Origin: Verrucomicrobiota bacterium
Lineage (GTDB): Bacteria > Verrucomicrobiota > Verrucomicrobiia > Limisphaerales > UBA11358
Length of the DNA: 64,000 bases
Direction: 5' to 3'
Assembly: GCA_049511835.1 (NCBI GenBank)
Contig: JBEKXN010000003.1
Span: 33,248 to 97,247, forward strand
Below are positions 41,101 to 48,302 of this stretch, piece by piece. Every line of letters starts with the position of its first letter. The first letter of the stretch is position 1. The notes beneath the pieces were generated by a model. The model saw only the letters and a program-made list of their open reading frames with translations, was not told where the DNA came from and made no database searches. The position numbers were made by a program, and so were the translations under genes.

Positions 41101-41603
41101 ACGACTCGTTTGGTTGGAGGTGCGTGGAAATTCCGGTGGCCATTGGGGGCATTGCAATAGCAACGGCAGATAATGTATTAAATGTCGTGTCACTAGGCGG
41201 CAAGGGAGCCGCAGAGGGCGCAGGAAAGGAACTGATTAAAGTTGCCGAAGGACTTGGAAAAGAAGAAGGAGAGAAAGTCGGGGCGAAAACAGTTACGAGA
41301 TATATGGGCACAGAGGAAGCCGAAAAATCTATAAAGACTGGCGAGATACCTAACGTAGGCCGTGACGAGAAGGTGCGCCCTACTCATGTAACTACGGATA
41401 CTCCCCTTAACAGTGCCAGTGAGGCGCAGAAAACGTATGAACTACCAGTAAAACCCACGCATCGCGCTACCGTGCCCGCCGAGCGGGCAGGCCCATTGGA
41501 TCCTGTGCCAGGTAGACCGAAAACGAGCGGCGGTGGTTCTCAAAATACCGTTCCGAGACCGATTCCCGTAAAACCGGAAGAAATAACACCACTTGATAAA
41601 TAA
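35187..41603 (+). CDS. SpvB/TcB-TcC-like Rhs (YD-repeat) polymorphic toxin with signal peptide
   Basis: SpvB-like N-terminus ([27 protein letters not shown]), DxxGDGxxD repeats, YD repeats, Rhs core [39 protein letters not shown], variable C-terminus. Confidence 0.92.
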   Translation: [2138 protein letters not shown]

Positions 41604-41607
41604 TTAA

Positions 41608-42051
41608 ATGAAACCAACACAGACATTGATTATACAGATTGGAGACGAGTCGGGGAAACCTCTCCGTCTCCTTGGGATTTACATAGATGTGGAGTTTTAC
41701 ATAGACGGTCAACATCGCTATGGATTTCGATTCGGCCCCACAGACGACAATGGACGGCTCCGCATTTCATATTCAGATGTTGAAGCAGAGCGAGTCCTAG
41801 ATGCCAAATTTAATTTGATGGATTACAACACGCCGCTGGATGAATGTGATGACTGTCTAAAAGTAAAAATACCAACGGCCGATGTATTGAGAAAAGCATA
41901 CAAATGGCAGGCTGAAAGTCTTGCTGGTGGCGCATCTTTAGCGGCGGAGGGGTGGCTTAAATCTGCAAACGCCAAAATTAAAGCAAACGAAATTTCTGTC
42001 AAACTGCATGGAACAGAAACAATCGTTTCTGTTCCATGTTCGGTTATTTGA
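41608..42051 (+). CDS. Putative cognate immunity protein
   Basis: Starts 4 bp after the toxin stop; 147 aa; no signal peptide; AT-richer than the Rhs core. Confidence 0.6.
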   Translation: MKPTQTLIIQIGDESGKPLRLLGIYIDVEFYIDGQHRYGFRFGPTDDNGRLRISYSDVEAERVLDAKFNLMDYNTPLDECDDCLKVKIPTADVLRKAYKWQAESLAGGASLAAEGWLKSANAKIKANEISVKLHGTETIVSVPCSVI

Positions 42052-42096
42052 CAACAAAGAGAGCCACCTGATTGTTACGCTTTTGGGGCAACTTTT

Positions 42097-42903
42097 ATGA
42101 ACACGCCGCCAATTGTCGAGCATACACCGCGGAAACCATCAGGCTTTGATTCGGGACTCAGGTGTCTTGCTGCCGTATTCATTTTCACTGTAGTTGTTCG
42201 GGTTGTTCTCACATTGGCCAACAAATCAGGTTCCCGTGAAGTGGTTGGCGTCGCGCTCATTGGCGTGTTCTTCGGATTGGTGGCTCTGATCGTCACATCA
42301 TGCGTTGTCTGGTCGCGTAGGGCCACATCACCACGACCTGCAAGGCGGTGGGCGCTTGCGATTGCGGTTGTATGGGCATCTCTGCAAATCCTCGTTAACT
42401 TGCTGATACTTTTTCAGACGTTACAGATGTTGCCTCAAATAACGAGTGAAGCAGATCGGCGGACTGCCATTGAAATAAATCGCAAAACATTTTCCATGTC
42501 TTTGCCGGGCAACTGGACCGAGGATACGAAAGACGATACTTACGATCCTGATTCCTTTGTCTTTTTTGATGGCCCAAAATCCGCCCTTTTTACCGTCATC
42601 GTCGGTCAGAAATCGGCGGGTTCTTCAGTTGACGCTAGGCTGGATAATCAAAGGGATGTCTTCAAAAAGAAGTTTGCCAATGCAACAATCACCGTCATCA
42701 CAAAATGGTCGAATGTTGACGGCAAGGGCTTTCAGATGGAAGGGAAGATTCAGGGGACGACCGAAAGCGGGCGCATCACGGTTTTTGGATTTGAGAAGGG
42801 TGACAATGTTTGCATTGTCGAGGAGTATGCAACTCCCGGTGACTATAAAATTTATGCCAAGGATTTTGATAAAATCCGGCAGACGTTTCGGCTGCATGAT
42901 TGA
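42097..42903 (+). CDS. Membrane protein with soluble C-terminal domain
   Basis: Three TM segments, then FSMSLPGNW...FDKIRQTFRL. Confidence 0.6.
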   Translation: MNTPPIVEHTPRKPSGFDSGLRCLAAVFIFTVVVRVVLTLANKSGSREVVGVALIGVFFGLVALIVTSCVVWSRRATSPRPARRWALAIAVVWASLQILVNLLILFQTLQMLPQITSEADRRTAIEINRKTFSMSLPGNWTEDTKDDTYDPDSFVFFDGPKSALFTVIVGQKSAGSSVDARLDNQRDVFKKKFANATITVITKWSNVDGKGFQMEGKIQGTTESGRITVFGFEKGDNVCIVEEYATPGDYKIYAKDFDKIRQTFRLHD

Positions 42904-42986
42904 CAAATTATTCAGTTTTAATCGGAAATGCGGAAATGATTTCTTGAGGGGAGAACGATGATGCTAACAGATTAAAAAACAAAATT

Positions 42987-44132
42987 GTGAAACAAATAAT
43001 TCTTTTATTTTTATCACTGCTTGGATTGCAGGAAATGGTGCAGGCACAAGGGCAATTGCAAATTCCAGACAGTTTGCAATTAAACATCGCCTTCTCCCCG
43101 CTTCCAAATTCTCCAGGCACCAATCAGCTTTCCGGCAACGCCGGTTATTTCAAAAACGGTTGGAATTATGATGCCCATGCTCCCGCGACGAATGTGTTTT
43201 CTGTGGTAATCAATCTTGGCACGAACCAAGCCACAGCGGGTTGGATTCTCCAAATGGAAAACGATGGGTTCTCGCCGGTAATGCAGCTTACCAACGAAAT
43301 TTACAACAGCGTTGCCATCCCAATCATCCCCGGCAGCACGGTTGGAACTTCCGGTATCGTGGGGACGTTTCCGGGTTCCGGCGCTGATTTAATTTCGCCC
43401 AATTATTATTCACAAAGCTGGCAGCTTACGCCCAACCAAATTCAAAATCTTCAGGCCGGGAAATGGTATGCGGAAGTGGATTATGGCGACGATAAATATA
43501 TTGGCAATCTGACGCCTGTGCCATCAAGTGTATGGCCACCAAAAGCGGTAATCTCAGTCTCACCAATGACCATATTGCCTACTGGAATAGGTTCGTTTCC
43601 GGGACAGATCACAACCTCGGTAGTGGTTGCACCTGACAACAACCAGCCTGCAACTGTGGTGTTTGACGGTTCTGAATCAACTGATCCCTATTATCTTCCG
43701 CTGCAATTTCTGTGGCAGGACGGAATCAATTTTTCGGCCACAACAGCAACGACGACCAATGAAATGCAAAGAGGCTCGCATCAAATTTCGCTTGAAGTGA
43801 ACGACGGCTACAATTCAGACACAGCGTATTTTACATTGGAGGTTGTTTCGCCGGGAGAAGCTGTGACTAAATTGGCCTTGATGGTGCAGCAATCTAATTT
43901 GAGCAAAGCGAGGAAATCCTTTTTTGCCTTGATTCTGTCGCAGGCACGAAATTCATTTGACCGCAACAATACTATTTCGGGAGTTAACCAATTAAAAATG
44001 TTCCAAAACCAGATTCGCTTGCAAATCATGCGAACTGAAAATGCAGCGGCAAATTGGTTGATTGAGGGTGCTCAAGAAATTATTGACGCCGTTGGAAAAC
44101 AGCCGAATCGCCATCCTGTTTTTCGTTTTTAA
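42987..44132 (+). CDS. Secreted CHRD + PKD-like + helical C-terminal domain protein
   Basis: Signal peptide; LTPNQIQNLQAGKWYAEV (CHRD-like); VVFDGSESTDP..ISLEVNDG (PKD-like). Confidence 0.6.
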   Translation: MKQIILLFLSLLGLQEMVQAQGQLQIPDSLQLNIAFSPLPNSPGTNQLSGNAGYFKNGWNYDAHAPATNVFSVVINLGTNQATAGWILQMENDGFSPVMQLTNEIYNSVAIPIIPGSTVGTSGIVGTFPGSGADLISPNYYSQSWQLTPNQIQNLQAGKWYAEVDYGDDKYIGNLTPVPSSVWPPKAVISVSPMTILPTGIGSFPGQITTSVVVAPDNNQPATVVFDGSESTDPYYLPLQFLWQDGINFSATTATTTNEMQRGSHQISLEVNDGYNSDTAYFTLEVVSPGEAVTKLALMVQQSNLSKARKSFFALILSQARNSFDRNNTISGVNQLKMFQNQIRLQIMRTENAAANWLIEGAQEIIDAVGKQPNRHPVFRF

Positions 44133-44150
44133 CATTCAGAGAAAAGACCA

Positions 44151-44786
44151 ATGAAATTATTTGCTAAAAAGTTGCCTTTCTTCATGCTGTCCGCCGTGCA
44201 AAATCAAGCAACGGCATTCACCTTAACGATTGCATTTATTGCGGGCACACTGACATTCACAGCGCGAGCCGATGAGCGGATGTCGCAAGTCCAAACGGCA
44301 TTGGGTTCAACGACCCTCAGCGGCTTTGTTCGGTCTGGCTTTACACTTTATCCGCCGCCAAACGCTTCCAGCACCCGAAGCAGAATTCTTTGGGGGCAGC
44401 ATCAATTTGAATTTCCCCGCTTTCAAAATACTGAAAATCCATCTTTAACGCCGCTGCCACCGCCGTTACTTGATGAAAACGCGCTTTTCCAATCTTCATC
44501 CTTCGTCCTGGCATTGGTGGATACGCCAGTGCAGCCAGTCGCACCGCCGTTAGCAGCAGATTCATCCACGGTAGGCGCGGCGATGCTGGAAACGATTCAC
44601 ATGAACGAGGCAATCGAGCCTTTACAGCTTCCCATCGCGCCCCCGCCAAATTTTCAAATTCAGCTTAATCAGGCGGGAATACAACCTGTTCCAGAACCTT
44701 CCATATTTGTGCTTGGCAGCTTGGCTTTTGGATTGATTGCGTTAACGGGCTTGAATAAAGGCTGGCGAATTGTAAGACAATTGTAA
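44151..44786 (+). CDS. PEP-CTERM protein
   Basis: Signal region; VPEPSIFVLGSLAFGLIAL + basic tail. Confidence 0.8.
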   Translation: MKLFAKKLPFFMLSAVQNQATAFTLTIAFIAGTLTFTARADERMSQVQTALGSTTLSGFVRSGFTLYPPPNASSTRSRILWGQHQFEFPRFQNTENPSLTPLPPPLLDENALFQSSSFVLALVDTPVQPVAPPLAADSSTVGAAMLETIHMNEAIEPLQLPIAPPPNFQIQLNQAGIQPVPEPSIFVLGSLAFGLIALTGLNKGWRIVRQL

Positions 44787-44999
44787 TACAATTGGGTGTG
44801 TAGCTTGTGAGAACAAAAATTTGTAAAATAAATCGCATTTTGCTCGGAATCGCATAAGTTTAGTGCATAACCAAATGGCAATTAGGTATGGGAAGAATGC
44901 GGATTTTGGGCGGACCTTTTGAAACATTAGGTTAATCGTCCATCACGCGGGGATGGACGTTCGGGCGGGCACGCTGAAAACACCAGTTGATTTGCCGAC

Positions 45000-45836
45000 A
45001 TGCCGAAACTTCGTATAAAACGGTTTTTTTACCGTAACGGCCGCGTCCACGCGGAGGTTAGGGAGGTGGGAGGGGAATTTCACGGTCTGAACCGCACCTG
45101 GCACCATAACGGCCAACTGGCCGAGGAATTGCGCTACCGCCACGGTCAGTTACACGGCACCAGCCGCCAATGGAATGAGAAGGGACTGTTGCTCGGTTCT
45201 TTCACCATGAACCACGGCACCGGCAGGCAATACTACTGGCATCAAAACGGAAAATTGCGGCTGGAGATAAATTCACTGAACGGCAAATTTTGGGGGCGCA
45301 ACCGGACTTGGCTGCGAGACGGCACGCTGGTTCAGGAAATTTACTACATTAGCAACGTGGACGTAACCCGCGCCGCCTACTTGAAAGCGGCACGCAGGTA
45401 TCCTGACTGGCCGCAACACGCAGGGGAACCGGCGGGAAAAGTGGCGCGAGACAACCGCGCCTTGGAACTGCGGCAGCATGAATTGTTCATTGAATCCCTC
45501 CTGGAAAAATCCCATGCCGAAGCCAGGCATTGGTTGACCACGGCCAAAAATCCCGATCTCCGTTCGCTCGCAAGGTTTCGCACGGCAAAAGCGGCGCTGC
45601 GATTTGTGGAAACGCTATACGCTGCCGGTGCGGAAACCGTCATTGCCACCCTCATTTACGCGGGCAGACGCGGAAAACAATTTGCCGACCGGCTGTTGGT
45701 CAAACTACCGAAAGCACCGGCAAAACGGAAATTGCTGCGAAAGATTTGTCAGGAATTGTGTGCCAAGCGAGGCGGCGCATTTTTGCCGGACGAGAAGGAC
45801 ATGGGGGAGAGCCACCTGTTTATACTTCTGGAATAA
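45000..45836 (+). CDS. MORN-variant repeat (YwqK-like antitoxin) protein
   Basis: Repeated WHHNGQLAEE..Y.HGQLHG / WHQNGKLRLE. Confidence 0.75.
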   Translation: MPKLRIKRFFYRNGRVHAEVREVGGEFHGLNRTWHHNGQLAEELRYRHGQLHGTSRQWNEKGLLLGSFTMNHGTGRQYYWHQNGKLRLEINSLNGKFWGRNRTWLRDGTLVQEIYYISNVDVTRAAYLKAARRYPDWPQHAGEPAGKVARDNRALELRQHELFIESLLEKSHAEARHWLTTAKNPDLRSLARFRTAKAALRFVETLYAAGAETVIATLIYAGRRGKQFADRLLVKLPKAPAKRKLLRKICQELCAKRGGAFLPDEKDMGESHLFILLE

Positions 45837-45843
45837 AGCCGCC

Positions 45844-46056
45844 GGGACCAACGGGCGGGAACTGACACGGCGGCCTCGCTAATATCGCTCCGGCCCGCCT
45901 TCCGTCATTTCCCGCCCGCTCGTCCCTTGTGCAGAATGTTGAAAACGCAGGGGCGTTCGCTTCCGTCAACGCTCGGTGGCGGTGTTCCGTTCCGGCTCCG
46001 TTCCTGCGTCTCTGCGCCTGCACTTCACATCCTTCCCCCGACCGCTGACCGAAGCG
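45844..46056. repeat. Two intergenic stem-loops including 31-bp motif copy 2
   Basis: cgggcgggaa/ttcccgcccg IR (45852/45909); motif 45991-46021 within imperfect arms 45971-45983/46041-46055. Confidence 0.75.
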
Positions 46057-46136
46057 GCTTCAATTTTCCGTAGTGGAGCCGCCACTTCATCGGCAATCCA
46101 CCATTCCAACCTATACACCAGGATGCTGCCCGCTTT

Positions 46137-46281
46137 CGCAGCGATGAAAAGGCGGGGCGATTATATGGCTTGGGCGGAAACGTCAAGGATACTACGGGTC
46201 GTGGCTTCCGTTCCTCCTTGACCTTTCCGCCCAAGCCAAAGCCCTGCCTTTAGGTTTTCATCGCGCACACCTGTCGCTGCG
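46137..46281. promoter_or_regulatory. Large hairpin, candidate ssDNA (Frpo-type) promoter for the DUF932 operon
   Basis: 23-bp stem (1 mismatch) 46167-46189/46215-46237, 11-bp outer stem, gcgatgaaaa/ttttcatcgc; minus strand TTGACG-N15-TATAAT with TATAAT in the internal loop. Confidence 0.55.
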
Positions 46282-46323
46282 CGTGCAAAGAAAACATTAA
46301 CAATGAAAGAGAAAGGCAAATAT

Positions 46324-47166
46324 ATGTTCACTACATCAACACCGTCCGTCCGTCGCGCTGAACTGGCCGACGACCAAATCCGCGTGCTTGCGCCGTCCGT
46401 GTTTGCAGCTTCGCCGCTGCCGGACGTGAGCGAGCGTTATGCGTTCGTTCCCACCGGGCAAATCGTTTCGCGGTTGCGTGAATCCGGCTGGTCTCCGGTT
46501 CAGGCTTCCGAACAGACCGTGAGGCTCGATAACCGGCGCGGTTTTCAAAAACACCTGCTCCGTTTTCAACGCAACGAGGCGCAGCCTGTCGCCGGTGAAT
46601 TTTCGCCGGAACTGGTTTTAATCAATTCGCATGACCGTTCCAGCGCGTATCAGTTGCACGCCGGTTTGTTCCGGTTCGTTTGCGGCAACGGCATGATTAT
46701 CGCCGATGCAACTTTCGAGCGCGTCAGCATCCGGCACAGCGGCTTCACGCCGGATGAAGTGATTGATGCCAGCTTCAAATTGCTGGAACACGTTCCGGCC
46801 ATCACCGCCCGCGTGGAGGCTTTCAAACAACGTCAGCTCGACAATACCGAGGTTGCCACCTTTGCTGAAGCCGCCTTGCGGTTGCGGTTTGAGGACGCCG
46901 CCAAAGCTCCCATCAATCCGCAAAAACTTCTGGACTGTCGCCGCAGTGAAGACGCCGGCAACGATCTTTGGCACGTCTTCAATCGCGTTCAGGAGCATTT
47001 GATTCGCGGCGGGCAACGCGACTGGTCGCGCCGCCGTGAGGACGGACACCGTTTCCCACGCACCCGCGCCATTTCCGGCCTCGACCAAAACATCCGCTTG
47101 AACCGCGAGCTTTGGAATCTCGCCGAACGGGTTGCCAATCACGAGGCAATCGTTCTGGCCGAGTAG
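46324..47166 (+). CDS. DUF932 (DUF945)-family protein
   Basis: SERYAFVPT..FQKHLLRF..ELVLINSHDRSSAYQLHAGLFRFVCGNG..LNRELWNLAE. Confidence 0.88.
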   Translation: MFTTSTPSVRRAELADDQIRVLAPSVFAASPLPDVSERYAFVPTGQIVSRLRESGWSPVQASEQTVRLDNRRGFQKHLLRFQRNEAQPVAGEFSPELVLINSHDRSSAYQLHAGLFRFVCGNGMIIADATFERVSIRHSGFTPDEVIDASFKLLEHVPAITARVEAFKQRQLDNTEVATFAEAALRLRFEDAAKAPINPQKLLDCRRSEDAGNDLWHVFNRVQEHLIRGGQRDWSRRREDGHRFPRTRAISGLDQNIRLNRELWNLAERVANHEAIVLAE

Positions 47167-47226
47167 TGAACAACGGGCGTTCCCGTCGCAAGGCAGGGAC
47201 GCCCAAATTTCTACCACATCAAAATT

Positions 47227-47418
47227 ATGAATATCAAAAAGCACCACATCCGCGAATCCCACGAACGCCAATTCAACGGGGAGGATTATCAACAGGTTGC
47301 ATACGACATTTGGGCGGGCATCTCCAATGCCACGGAGGACGATTATCTCGCGCTCTGCGCTGGTCCAGACCCCGGATGCGACTGCGGATTTTGCGCCAAC
47401 GCCAAATGGAGGGACTAA
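47227..47418 (+). CDS. Small hypothetical protein with C-terminal Cys cluster
   Basis: 63 aa, GCDCGFC; its TAA abuts next ATG. Confidence 0.55.
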   Translation: MNIKKHHIRESHERQFNGEDYQQVAYDIWAGISNATEDDYLALCAGPDPGCDCGFCANAKWRD

Positions 47419-48012
47419 ATGAATACTACCACCATAGAATCCGCCCGCATCGTCACCCACTGGCGGAGATTTTCCAGCGGCCTTTGGCGCGTGCCCGAAG
47501 GCGACATCGCCGCCGCCTATTGCGCGGACACGTTTCCCAAAATCAGCGTGTTCACGCATGAGGGGCGTTTGTTCACCAACTGCGGCTGCAATTATTCCAA
47601 ATACCTTGCCGCCGAAGTCAATTGTTACCCGCTCGTCCCGCCCGACGAATATCGCGGCGCGGAGAACGTCCCGTATTCGTATGAGGGGCGCGAAGCGGCC
47701 TACAAGGGCAAAGTTTTCAAACTCGGCGCAAAAGTTCTTTTTGTCGCATCCGACCCGACCCTTGAGGAATGGCGGCACTTGTGCCGCGTCCTGTATGCCG
47801 ATGGCGGATATTTCGCCTCCGGTTGCACCTACACGGAATTTGTCGGCAACCGTTTCGATCCGCAGTCGGAGAACGGCCGCGCCGCGCGGTTCAAGGAACT
47901 CACGGAATGCGGCGCACGGGCAATGCCCCGGACGCAGGAGGAAATGCGCGGGTTGCTGGCAGGTGAATCCGCCCCTGAAAACCAACCCCAACAAATTGAC
48001 TTCGCGTTATGA
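47419..48012 (+). CDS. Hypothetical protein
   Basis: GGAGG RBS; 197 aa; ATGA overlap with next gene. Confidence 0.65.
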   Translation: MNTTTIESARIVTHWRRFSSGLWRVPEGDIAAAYCADTFPKISVFTHEGRLFTNCGCNYSKYLAAEVNCYPLVPPDEYRGAENVPYSYEGREAAYKGKVFKLGAKVLFVASDPTLEEWRHLCRVLYADGGYFASGCTYTEFVGNRFDPQSENGRAARFKELTECGARAMPRTQEEMRGLLAGESAPENQPQQIDFAL

Positions 48013-48302
48013 CACCGATTACCAAAACCATCCGGCGCGTGACGCTTGGAACCTACGGTTATGGAAAACACGCCCGCAAATTGGTTGCCGCGTTTGAGCG
48101 GGGCGACCTAATCAGCATCCGCGCGTTTGACTGCCGCACCAAAGACACCGCCCGAATCTACGATGTCCTTTGGTGGATGAAGCGCAGCAAGGCCGAAAAA
48201 ATTCGCATGGAGAAATTGCGCGAACGCAAATCGGCAAAAACGGCGCGACTGGCCACGCGGCGGCAGCGCGCTGCCACGCGGCGGTTGTTCAAAGAACAAT
48301 GA
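48009..48302 (+). CDS. Basic hypothetical protein
   Basis: 97 aa, Arg/Lys-rich C-terminal helix. Confidence 0.6.
   Translation: MTPITKTIRRVTLGTYGYGKHARKLVAAFERGDLISIRAFDCRTKDTARIYDVLWWMKRSKAEKIRMEKLRERKSAKTARLATRRQRAATRRLFKEQ

Noticed and set aside
46618-47994. Long antisense ORFs (also 7943-9202, 14901-16205, 48-53 kb shadows such as 51737-53185, and 61356-62378)
   Set aside because: They lie opposite well-supported genes in GC-rich DNA and have no recognisable motifs
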